Origin: Kiritimatiellia bacterium
Lineage (GTDB): Bacteria > Verrucomicrobiota > Kiritimatiellia > RFP12 > UBA1067
Reading direction: 5' to 3'
Assembly: GCA_045537795.1 (NCBI GenBank)
Contig: JAZSQE010000053.1
Coordinates: 11,805-75,804, forward strand
Length of the DNA: 64,000 bases
Part shown: positions 26,485 to 34,864 of the stretch, piece after piece
Layout of the letters: every line of letters starts with the position of its first letter
Position numbering within the stretch: the first letter of the stretch is position 1
The notes under the pieces: generated by a model
Databases searched by the model: none
Told to the model about the DNA's origin: nothing
What the model saw: the letters and a program-made list of their open reading frames with translations, nothing else
Translations under genes and position numbers: made by a program

Positions 26485-27968
26485 ACAAGCACCACCCACT
26501 TGCCACCGCGATCCGCGCCTTCGCGCTTAATAATTCCATTTAGTCGAAGCATTCTAATTGCGTTTTTAACCGATCCATTAGAAAGTTTTGCAATTGACTC
26601 AAGCGTTTCAATAGAGACGCTACTATCTCTTTGCAAAGCATTGAAAACCGCGATTGCATTATTGATAGCGTCTATACGCCCCTTTCCATTCAATTTCTGG
26701 GCAACTTCCGCACTTTTCTGGGCAACTTCTATGCCTTTCAGGGCAACTTCCGCGCCTTTCTGGGCAACTTCCGAGCCTTTCGGAGCAACTTCCAGAGATT
26801 GAATAAATATTTCTGTTCGGAAAATATCCCCATCAGCCAGCCGGGGGTCTAAGCCGCCATAAGCCCTTGCATATTTAAAAAGATTGCGTATACCGGATCC
26901 CAATTGATCGGCATAGCCGATAACTCTAAAGAAGTTCGCTATTATCGGATTTCTCGGATTCGGCATAAAATTGTCGGGCGTCAAAACATCTCCGCTTGAT
27001 GCCCGGCAGGCGTTTTCCACAAACATACGGTCTCGCTCGATGACAAACCTTGCCGGACGCGAACTCGTGAATTCACGATGGATAAGGGTGTTCGCAATAA
27101 TCTCGCGAACGATGATTTCGCGCAGACTTTTACGGACATCCCCCTCCAGAAAGAACGGATCGGGAAGATGCTTGCTCGCAAATTCCACGAGGCGGTCGTA
27201 GGCAGATATCAGATTGACACTGACTATATCGCGGTCATCGTAGCGGTCGATGTTCCTGACTCGCAAAATGGCATCTGTAACGTAAGCAGGGCAAATGTCC
27301 TTAATGACATCTTCCGTCCCGAGCAGCATGACGGCGGCAAGGTTGAAACCGCTCTTACCGGACTCGCGGTCTATCCCGATCAGTTTTGCGCTACGCAGAA
27401 GCTGTTCATCGTCCATATCCATCCACGGATGACGGCGTTCATCACGACTGTTGTTCTGCGCACGGATACGAAGTCTCTTGAGATCTGAAAGATCCAAGTC
27501 CGCCTTCTTCACATATGGATATATTTTCTGTTCGGTAAAAATGCCTTGCTTGCGCAAGATCATCATTCCTTTCGCCGCCGTCGAACGCACACGCACGTCC
27601 GCATCCCCGTTGCGGTCGAAAACGACACCTTTATAGGAGTGAACTTCGCCGCTCACGGGAACGCGAACTCGAATGATCGTCTTCCCGTCGTACTCCACAA
27701 TTTCCGGTGCAATGTAGGCAACGGGATCAAACAAATTGCCGTCGTTCGCGACATTCATGATGTTGTTGCGCAAGGCAACGGCATCGCCCTTGATGCCGAC
27801 AACCGTTCCGTCATCCTCCACACCAAGCAGCACTTCACCACCGAACCTGTTCAAGAACGCGCAAATCGACTCAAACACGTCGGATTCAACGCCGCCGGAG
27901 CAACGCTTGAACTCGGCAGTGAGACCCTCGCCACTTTTCAACAATTCCAACAGCCGCGTATCAGTCAT
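26481..27968 (-). CDS. AlbA_2 (Schlafen-like) plus HATPase_c_4 ATP-binding domain protein with a C-terminal wHTH (putative regulator), 495 aa
   Basis: N-terminal LLELLKSGEGLTAEFKRCSGGVESDVFESICAFLNRFGGEVLLGVEDDGTVVGI matches AlbA_2. Contains an in-frame 7-aa x5 repeat. The start overlaps the livG stop (ATGA) and the end overlaps the livF start. Confidence 0.7.
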   Translation of the reverse strand: MTDTRLLELLKSGEGLTAEFKRCSGGVESDVFESICAFLNRFGGEVLLGVEDDGTVVGIKGDAVALRNNIMNVANDGNLFDPVAYIAPEIVEYDGKTIIRVRVPVSGEVHSYKGVVFDRNGDADVRVRSTAAKGMMILRKQGIFTEQKIYPYVKKADLDLSDLKRLRIRAQNNSRDERRHPWMDMDDEQLLRSAKLIGIDRESGKSGFNLAAVMLLGTEDVIKDICPAYVTDAILRVRNIDRYDDRDIVSVNLISAYDRLVEFASKHLPDPFFLEGDVRKSLREIIVREIIANTLIHREFTSSRPARFVIERDRMFVENACRASSGDVLTPDNFMPNPRNPIIANFFRVIGYADQLGSGIRNLFKYARAYGGLDPRLADGDIFRTEIFIQSLEVAPKGSEVAQKGAEVALKGIEVAQKSAEVAQKLNGKGRIDAINNAIAVFNALQRDSSVSIETLESIAKLSNGSVKNAIRMLRLNGIIKREGADRGGKWVVLV

Positions 27969-28780
27969 ATCGCCATACCTCCCGAAAGCCCCATGTAGAG
28001 TTCGCGGACAGCGGGATTCTCCAGAACGTCCTTCTGAGTACCATGAGTATGAACAGTTCCCTCGTGCAGAAAATAGATGTAATCCGCAAGTTCTCGCACC
28101 ACACCCATATTGTGCTCGATAAGCGCGATTGTGAGTTTCCGCTCGGCAACAAGCCTGCGGATCAGCCCGACCATCTTCTTCGTCATCGCAGGCGAAAGCG
28201 CGGCCGTCGGCTCGTCGAGGAGCAGAAGCGCCGGACGCAACGCGACAATCCGCGCAAGCGCGAGAAGCTTCTGCTGTCCATACGAAAGTTCACCCGCCGG
28301 AATATCCGCCTTGTCCGCCAGACCGACAAATTCGAGCCACTTCATCGCGCGTTCGCGCCGGTCTTTCTCGCGCGCTTCGCGCAGCCACCAGGCAAGCGTC
28401 GTGAAAAGCGAATAATCGCTGCGATGCAGGAAGGAAACCGCGATATTCTCGGCGGCCGTAAGCTCAGGGAACACGCGCACATCCTGAAAGAGCCGTCCGA
28501 CATGGCACCGCGCAATCTTGTACGGCGGAAGGCCCGTGACATCCTTCCCGTCAAGAATCACCCTCCCTGAATCAGGCGTCAGATTGCCGCCGATCAGATG
28601 AAAGAGCGTCGTCTTGCCTGCCCCGTTCGGCCCGACAAGCGCCGTGACCTTGCCGAGCGCAACGGTCAAACTCACGTCCTGAAGCGCCTTGAACGCGCCG
28701 AAGCTTTTCGAAATCCCTTCAACGCGAAGCTCAACCGGATTGATAACGCGCGGATCGCTCTTACTTGACTGCATACGCAC
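27965..28780 (-). CDS. livG: Branched-chain amino acid ABC transporter ATP-binding protein LivG
   Basis: GPNGAGKTT, LSYGQQKLLALAR, LLLLDEP, IEHNM, C-terminal LYMG. Confidence 0.85.
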   Translation of the reverse strand: MRMQSSKSDPRVINPVELRVEGISKSFGAFKALQDVSLTVALGKVTALVGPNGAGKTTLFHLIGGNLTPDSGRVILDGKDVTGLPPYKIARCHVGRLFQDVRVFPELTAAENIAVSFLHRSDYSLFTTLAWWLREAREKDRRERAMKWLEFVGLADKADIPAGELSYGQQKLLALARIVALRPALLLLDEPTAALSPAMTKKMVGLIRRLVAERKLTIALIEHNMGVVRELADYIYFLHEGTVHTHGTQKDVLENPAVRELYMGLSGGMAI

Positions 28781-29630
28781 CTGCCAATCCTTTGGGTTTC
28801 ATGTACACAAGAACGATCAGCAACACGCCGTAGATTATCTCGCGCAGATTCGCCGCGACCGCATCCGGAAGGCCGACAAACCTCAAAAGTTCAGGAAGAA
28901 CAATCATGAACACAACGCCGGACATAGGGCCTGCGATATTGCCCGATCCGCCGACAAGCAGAATGCAGGCTATGAAAATCGACTCTGAAAGCGTGAAACT
29001 TGTCGGATCGATGTAGGTAATGTAACTTGCGAAACATACGCCCGGCACCGCGGCGACCGCAGACGAAAAAACCATGGCCTTGATATACTGCCCCTTGGGA
29101 CAGATGCCCAAGGTCTGCGCCGCGGCCTCGTCGTCGCGCAGGGCTTTGAGCGAAAGCGCGAACGGACTTTGGACGACAAGATGCATAAAAGCGAGAACGA
29201 GGGCAAAGAGAACGAGAGTGAACACGAAATATGCAGGCACGGATTCTATACCCATACCGAAGAATTCAGGACGCGGGATCCCCGAGATTCCATACGGTCC
29301 GCGCGTCAGATCGGTCCAGTTGTAAAGAACGACATAGACGATCATCTGAAATCCTATCGTCGCCAGAACGAATGCTTCATTGCGGAATCTGAGCGCGGCA
29401 TGTCCGAACAGCCAGCCGACGAGCGCGCAAAGCGCGACAGCAGCGGGAAGCGTCACATAGAACGGAAGCCCCAATTTAAGCGACAAAAGCGCGTATGCGT
29501 AAGCACCAAGTCCGTAAAAGACGGCCTGCGCCATCGTAAGAAGCCCGCCGAACCCGATCAGCAGATTGGTCGAAAGAGCCAACATCCCGTAGATGCCCAG
29601 CATCACGCCGATATGAAGAAGATAATTCAT
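28761..29630 (-). CDS. livM: Branched-chain amino acid ABC transporter permease LivM
   Basis: Multi-TM permease; the start was reset to MNYLLHIG (an ATGA overlap with the livH stop); the upstream ORF extension is spurious. Confidence 0.75.
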   Translation of the reverse strand: MNYLLHIGVMLGIYGMLALSTNLLIGFGGLLTMAQAVFYGLGAYAYALLSLKLGLPFYVTLPAAVALCALVGWLFGHAALRFRNEAFVLATIGFQMIVYVVLYNWTDLTRGPYGISGIPRPEFFGMGIESVPAYFVFTLVLFALVLAFMHLVVQSPFALSLKALRDDEAAAQTLGICPKGQYIKAMVFSSAVAAVPGVCFASYITYIDPTSFTLSESIFIACILLVGGSGNIAGPMSGVVFMIVLPELLRFVGLPDAVAANLREIIYGVLLIVLVYMKPKGLAGAYAVK

Positions 29631-30519
29631 TTGGACTCCTCCAGTCGTTTGCTCACGCCGAAAAGCCCCTGCGGACGGAACATCAGAACGAAAATCAAGA
29701 CGCCGAACGTCACAAGATCGGTCCACCGTGCCGAAAGCTGCCAAACGGCAAGGCTTTGCAACGCAGAGAGGAGCAACGCACCCGCGCCCCAGGCCCAATA
29801 TCTGTCGGCACCCCCGAAAAACACCGCTACCGAACCGAGCAGAAGATAGTGCATACCGACATGCGGATCCATTCCGATATCCCATGAAATCAACATCGCC
29901 GGAATCGCCACCAGCACACCGCCAAGCATCATAACACCAAGACGCAACCGACGCACAGGCAGCCCAAGGACGGCCAAGAGTTCAGGCTGGTCGCCCATTG
30001 CCCACAACGCCTTGAACCATTTGCCGTAGCGCACCGCCATACCGACGGAGGCGAACACACCGAACCCGACAAGGAACTGAAGAACCTGAATGCGGGTAAA
30101 GCGGAGTCCTGCAAACACGACGGACGGCTCCAATTGATTTGAAATCGTTTTCACCTCATTCCCGTAAATGAGCGCGATGACATTTTCAACAACAATCATG
30201 ATACCGAGCGAAGCGATCATCATCACGCCGGACGAGCAGCGCTTCCGGGCAAACGGATGATAGACGGCACATTCGATCAGCACGGCGAAAACAGCCGACA
30301 GCGCCAGCACCGCCGGCACCGAAACCGTCAGCGGAAGTTTACACACCGCTGCGCACGTGTAGAACGCATAGCACGAAAACACAAACTGCGCTCCCATCGC
30401 TATGTGAAACACGCGAAATGACCTGTAGACAATGCCAAAACCGGCCGCGTACAGCATCGCGACCGCACCTTGCACAAGGCCGTTACCGAGAAGCTGAGCA
30501 AATAGCGAACTTACAAACA
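29627..30519 (-). CDS. livH: Branched-chain amino acid ABC transporter permease LivH
   Basis: Multi-TM permease. The likely start is the ATG at 30517-30519 (MFVSSLF); the ORF-track start is a TTG further upstream. Confidence 0.75.
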
Positions 30520-30552
30520 TTTTACATTTCAAATCATTTGGTCGGTTCAACC

Positions 30553-30694
30553 GAACGAGCAAGTCCGCGTGGTTACGCGATCTTTATATCTGTCCGCTTA
30601 GGGGGTGGCGAGAGCTCCTTTCAAGATCGCCGCATTCCTTCGCTTGACGCCAAGTATTATAGCAAAATTATATTGTTTTGTGTCGCCACCTTCT
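30553..30694 (+). repeat. 142-bp repeat copy B
   Basis: Aligns to 9871..10012 with 4 mismatches; lies 33 bp upstream of the livH ATG and abuts the hcp fragment. Confidence 0.85.
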
Positions 30695-30903
30695 CTTTTG
30701 CGCTGAAACTGAAGGAAGCTTTGGGGCTTGCCGACATCAATGAGCTGCCCGTTTCCTACAACATCGCCTGGTACGAACCAAAAGCGATCATCGTGCTCTT
30801 AGCGCTGCTGCATCTCGGCGTCAAGAACATCCGCTTAGGTCCAACACTACCCGCGTTCCTTTCGCCAAACGTCACGCCGACCGTAAAACATCGATGCCAT
30901 TAA
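30695..30903 (+). pseudogene. hcp: 3'-terminal fragment (about 69 codons) of a hybrid-cluster protein / hydroxylamine reductase gene
   Basis: [55 protein letters not shown] matches the Hcp C-terminus. Upstream of 30695 it is replaced by repeat copy B. Confidence 0.6.
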
Positions 30904-31000
30904 CCTAATCTTTTCTGCAGGAGAAGATTTCATCGTAACTATACACCCATAATCGTTGTAATTGTCTTTCATATCAATCTCCTTCACTTACCGCATAGCA

Positions 31001-31026
31001 TTACCTTCACATTTTTAAAAATGTGA
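31001..31026. other. Perfect 26-bp AT-rich palindrome ccttcacatttttaaaaatgtgaagg
   Basis: Read directly from the sequence; 18 bp downstream of the ModF-like gene stop (minus strand). Possible terminator or operator. Confidence 0.5.
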
Positions 31027-31043
31027 AGGTAGACTTAATATGC

Positions 31044-32075
31044 CTATCGCCCAAGATTAAGGACATGATCAAATCCGGCGGGAACATGCGAAGCTGAATG
31101 TGCGACACAAACAACAGTCACCGATGGATGCTTTTTTATCCACCGTTCAATACGCGCAACAACTCTATTAGCATCCTTTGAATTGAGATTATAGCAAGGC
31201 TCATCAAGTAAAAGAAGATCTGGTTCTTTCGCCAATGCTTGATCTATCAGCACCTCAGGTGTAAGTCCAAGATAAGCCTGCATTTCGGGACTTACCATCG
31301 CTATTCGACGACGCACTTTAGAAAGGTTGTTTCCGATTGCTCTCGGGACACCAAAGAGACTAATATCGTACGCGTAAGCTAAGGGGCTGTCACCAGTCAT
31401 AAATGCGAGAAGCGTCGTCTTACCACTTCCGTTAGGTCCGCAAAGTAGCCACCTCTCGCCCTCACGAATAATCCATGAAAAATTTTCAAAAAGTGTCCGC
31501 CGTCCGAAGCGCAATGTAAGATCTCGCATTTCTACGACGACTTTTCGATTAGAATCACTCTCGTTGTTTTTAACGGCATCTATGGGATTAACAGTCTCTT
31601 CATCATCAACTACCGATATATCAACGCCTTGATTCTTGAGCATATCTATAACGCTTTTAAACATCGTTACATGGGACACATCAAGGCCGGCCATAGGCGA
31701 CACCAAAATGAACTTCTTAGGATTTTTTAAAATAGCACGTGCGAAAAGCACTCGGCGCATCTCACCGTTCGAAAGGCTTTGAAAATTCTGCGGCAGAAGA
31801 CGGGTTAATTCCAAGGCCTCGACAACCTCTTGAAATTTGGCGCGATAAGCTTTTCGCTCTACGCGACGATTCTTACCAACTTCAAACGGATTAATTTCAA
31901 AAACTGAATTGAACGAAAGAAAATCCCGCACCCGATCGCCGTCGTCGCAATAATAGCGAGACTGCATCCATTTACCATTGCAAATATCAGCCTGTTCGCA
32001 CTGCAGATCAAGAACGATTACCACCTCGCCATTTTCGTTTTCCGGAGAATAATTCATAAATTGCTCATCTCTCAC
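31044..32075 (-). CDS. ModF-like tandem-NBD ABC ATPase, AT-rich, with degenerate motifs
   Basis: NBD2 has GPNGSGKTT, LLLLDEP and CVAHS but no LSGGQ. NBD1 has LSNGEMRR and ILVSPMAGLD but no Walker A. The start is probably the ATG at 32057 (MNYSPE), with AGGTGAGAG and TGGTATAAT upstream. Confidence 0.55.
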   Translation of the reverse strand: MRDEQFMNYSPENENGEVVIVLDLQCEQADICNGKWMQSRYYCDDGDRVRDFLSFNSVFEINPFEVGKNRRVERKAYRAKFQEVVEALELTRLLPQNFQSLSNGEMRRVLFARAILKNPKKFILVSPMAGLDVSHVTMFKSVIDMLKNQGVDISVVDDEETVNPIDAVKNNESDSNRKVVVEMRDLTLRFGRRTLFENFSWIIREGERWLLCGPNGSGKTTLLAFMTGDSPLAYAYDISLFGVPRAIGNNLSKVRRRIAMVSPEMQAYLGLTPEVLIDQALAKEPDLLLLDEPCYNLNSKDANRVVARIERWIKKHPSVTVVCVAHSASHVPAGFDHVLNLGR

Positions 32076-32271
32076 CTTTGCAAAATTTCACCATATTATA
32101 CCAAATTCTTAAAATGTAAGTATAACTAAGGATGGCGCACGCTCCGTCACTCCCGAAACGCTCCTGCTCGTCGATCCTACTGAAATCCGCAAAGAGTTTT
32201 CGTACAAAATGCAGTACGTCACCCGTGTTCGGGATGCCAGTCGTTCCTCAAAGAAAAACTGCGAAATCCAC

Positions 32272-32310
32272 TTCTTAAAATACACTTCACCCTTTATTTA
32301 TCGGGGTGAA
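32272..32310 (-). terminator. Candidate rho-independent terminator of the esterase gene
   Basis: Hairpin ttcaccc-(10 nt)-ggggtgaa at 32285-32309, followed on the minus strand by GUGUAUUUU. Confidence 0.4.
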
Positions 32311-32365
32311 ATCCACTTTCGCGTTCAAAAAATGGGTAAACTCCAGGAGGTAAGCGGGTGGGGCA

Positions 32366-33493
32366 TTACTTGAAATCTGCCGGCAGCGGCCTCGTTCTGA
32401 CGTTGCGGAAGCTGACTGCCGAATCGGCGGGAGACGAGAGAATCCAAACGCCCTTCGCGCACTTGAATTGGTATACGGGAGCATCGACGACGCGATCATC
32501 AACAAGCTTGAGATCGAAGCCGGGAACTTTGCGCACGAGACCGCGGCTCCACGACGCGCCTTTATCGCATGAGAATTCGAAGGCGACATCGAAATAACTC
32601 GACGTTGCGGGGAGACCTTCAGGCGTGAGATTCACGTTTTTCCAGGTGTCGGTAACGGGACGCTTTTTGGAAAACATCCACTCAAGATTCGCTTCATCGC
32701 CGTATGCGGGATGCCAGCTGGCATGCCCGCAGCCGGGATACTCCGTATATCTCGCAACGCACGACCCCGCTTCACGCAGAGCCGCGATCATGCTGCGCCC
32801 GCGCCAGACGGGAACGGCACCGTCGAAGTCGCCGTGATGGATGAAGATCGGCAGATCGCGAAGCTTCACGGCCTGCTCGACATCGCCGCCTCCGCAGACA
32901 GGCATGGCCGCCGCGAACCATTCCGTCTTGCGCGAGATGAGATCCCATGTGCCGTATCCGCCCATAGAAACGCCGGTAACGTAGATTCTATCAAGATCGA
33001 TCGCCTTTTCGGTATTGCGCAATTTATCCAATAACTCAATCAACTGCGCCATCGTTACAGAAGGCTTTTTACGCATACGAAGATCCATCGTCGTCCAATC
33101 AATGTCAGCCCAAAGCTGTCCATTCGGAACCTGTCCGGCAACGAAGAAGAACTCCTCGCCGCGTTTCTTCATGTAATTGAATATGGGCTGTGCCCCCCAA
33201 ACGAGCTGACTAACGTTATTTGTGCCGCGCTCACCGGCTCCGTGAAGAAGAACGACGAAAGGATATTTCCGGCCTGGAGTCTTCACGGACGGCTCATGCC
33301 AACGGTAGCGAAACACGGAATTATCCTTGGCGACATACTGCTTCGGCACAGTAGCGGTCGGAGACGACCCTTTGAAAAGCTCGACCCAGCTCCTATACGT
33401 GCGCACAGGCGATATATCCTTCGCGGCAGGCGCCGCGAGCGCGGCCGAAACCGCGAGAACGAATAGCGACAAGAATACGAATGTTTTTTTCAT
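32366..33493 (-). CDS. Secreted alpha/beta hydrolase (COG4099-type predicted esterase/peptidase) with a C-terminal extra domain
   Basis: Signal peptide; LLHGAGERGTNN; nucleophile elbow GVSMGGYGTW; HHGDFDG. Confidence 0.7.
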   Translation of the reverse strand: MKKTFVFLSLFVLAVSAALAAPAAKDISPVRTYRSWVELFKGSSPTATVPKQYVAKDNSVFRYRWHEPSVKTPGRKYPFVVLLHGAGERGTNNVSQLVWGAQPIFNYMKKRGEEFFFVAGQVPNGQLWADIDWTTMDLRMRKKPSVTMAQLIELLDKLRNTEKAIDLDRIYVTGVSMGGYGTWDLISRKTEWFAAAMPVCGGGDVEQAVKLRDLPIFIHHGDFDGAVPVWRGRSMIAALREAGSCVARYTEYPGCGHASWHPAYGDEANLEWMFSKKRPVTDTWKNVNLTPEGLPATSSYFDVAFEFSCDKGASWSRGLVRKVPGFDLKLVDDRVVDAPVYQFKCAKGVWILSSPADSAVSFRNVRTRPLPADFK

Positions 33494-33509
33494 CTATATT
33501 ATTCCTTTT

Positions 33510-34418
33510 TTATGAGATCAGAGCGAGAGGATTGTCGTGACCGACCGCTTTGCATTCGTCGTCGGTGTAGCCGATGCGCTCCTTGAGCAGCGTCATCATT
33601 TTCGCCATGGGCGTCGTGGCGCCGACGAGGCAGTTTCTCGCCGGATTCCACAAAAGCCCCGACGGTTCGAGCCTCGCATCCGCGCCGCAGACCTTGTATT
33701 CCCCCGGCGCCATCCCCGCGGGATACTGCGCGTCCGAAACGGCGACAAGTCGCTTCAGCGGCACCGCCTGCCGGTAGAGCCGAAGCATCGTATCCGGGAG
33801 ATGATGCCCGTCGGGAATGAACATCACCGTCGCCCTCTGCTCGACGAGGGCGGTGTAGACGATATTGTCGTGGCGGCCGATCATGTTCGGAATGCCGTTG
33901 CCCAGATGAGTGAACGCTTTCGCTCCGGCGCTGATGCACTTTTCCACGTCCGAAGGCGAAGAAGCGAGCTGGTGCCCGAGCGAAACCGTGACTCCGCTGC
34001 CGGAGAGATAAGCGACGAACTCGTCCATGCCCGGTATCTCCGCGGCGACGTTCACCATTTTTATCATGCCTTCGGCGGCATCCTGAAAGCGTTCGAAAAG
34101 AGCCTTGTCTGGTTCATGCACCCATTCTACGGGATGAGTGCCCACGGCTCCGGGCTCCTTCGAGATGAACGGCCCCTCGAGAAAAAAGCCGAGGATGTTC
34201 TTTTCGCAGACGGAGTATTTCTTTCGCGCGGCGACCACGGTGCGGATGGTCTGCATCACGACTTCGGGGTCTCCCGTGACGAGTGTCGGCAGATAACCCG
34301 CCGTCCCGTCGGCCTCGAGCTTCTCGGTAATGGCTCTCACCTTTTCGACATCAAGCCCCGGAGCGTTGAAATCGATTCCGCCGTAGCCGTTTATCTGAAG
34401 ATCTATCCATCCTTTCAT
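33510..34418 (-). CDS. Amidohydrolase, N-acetylglucosamine-6-phosphate deacetylase (NagA)-like
   Basis: MKGWIDLQINGYGGIDF is a NagA-like metal-binding start; the ORF-track N-terminal extension (to 34538) is discarded as R-rich and spurious. Confidence 0.55.
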   Translation of the reverse strand: MKGWIDLQINGYGGIDFNAPGLDVEKVRAITEKLEADGTAGYLPTLVTGDPEVVMQTIRTVVAARKKYSVCEKNILGFFLEGPFISKEPGAVGTHPVEWVHEPDKALFERFQDAAEGMIKMVNVAAEIPGMDEFVAYLSGSGVTVSLGHQLASSPSDVEKCISAGAKAFTHLGNGIPNMIGRHDNIVYTALVEQRATVMFIPDGHHLPDTMLRLYRQAVPLKRLVAVSDAQYPAGMAPGEYKVCGADARLEPSGLLWNPARNCLVGATTPMAKMMTLLKERIGYTDDECKAVGHDNPLALIS

Positions 34419-34432
34419 ATCAAGCCTTATCC

Positions 34433-34864
34433 TTATAGGCCGGACGGCGAAAAACCGTCCGGCGGCTCTTCTACACCTATCGGTTTTTCGATAGGATCGA
34501 TACCGCGTTCCGCAAGGCGCGCGTTGACGCCCTTCCAAACGTGATAGCGGTACGCCTCGGGCGCGTTGAAAACCGCCTGCTCCGCGCGCATGCGAAGTTC
34601 CTCAGCCTCCTCCGGCGGAACATCCGCCGCCGGCCGGGATTCCCTGATGTTGAGCCACAGAAGAACGGCGAGCGCCGCCACGAGAACGGCGTACCCCGCG
34701 CCTATCGTCCAGGGCCTCCAGTTCCACGGATCGTCGCCGATCACCCGATAAGGACGAATACCCTGCTTTCTCAGCAGGGTATACGCTTCGTCCCGGGACC
34801 TGGCTTTTATCTCGCCTTCCCGGTTTTCATTGTCCTTGGTCTGGTATAGGTATCGGTACGTCAT
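34433..34864 (-). CDS. Hypothetical single-TM protein (143 aa)
   Basis: ORF positioned between the OMF and nagA-like genes; the N-terminal YRY.Y..KD..G...EGEI.A.S.DEA...LR..GI.P motif resembles a GspF-N-like fold. Confidence 0.35.
   Translation of the reverse strand: MTYRYLYQTKDNENREGEIKARSRDEAYTLLRKQGIRPYRVIGDDPWNWRPWTIGAGYAVLVAALAVLLWLNIRESRPAADVPPEEAEELRMRAEQAVFNAPEAYRYHVWKGVNARLAERGIDPIEKPIGVEEPPDGFSPSGL

Noticed and set aside
26688-26790. Considered as a CRISPR-like direct-repeat array
   Set aside because: The units are contiguous 21-bp repeats with no spacers. They are in-frame inside a CDS, encode a heptad linker, and there are no cas genes.
33537-34544. 335-aa plus-strand ORF antisense to the NagA-like gene, and the N-terminal extension of 33510..34538
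   Set aside because: R-rich with no motifs. The NagA-like frame has the INGYGGIDF metal-binding start at the internal Met.
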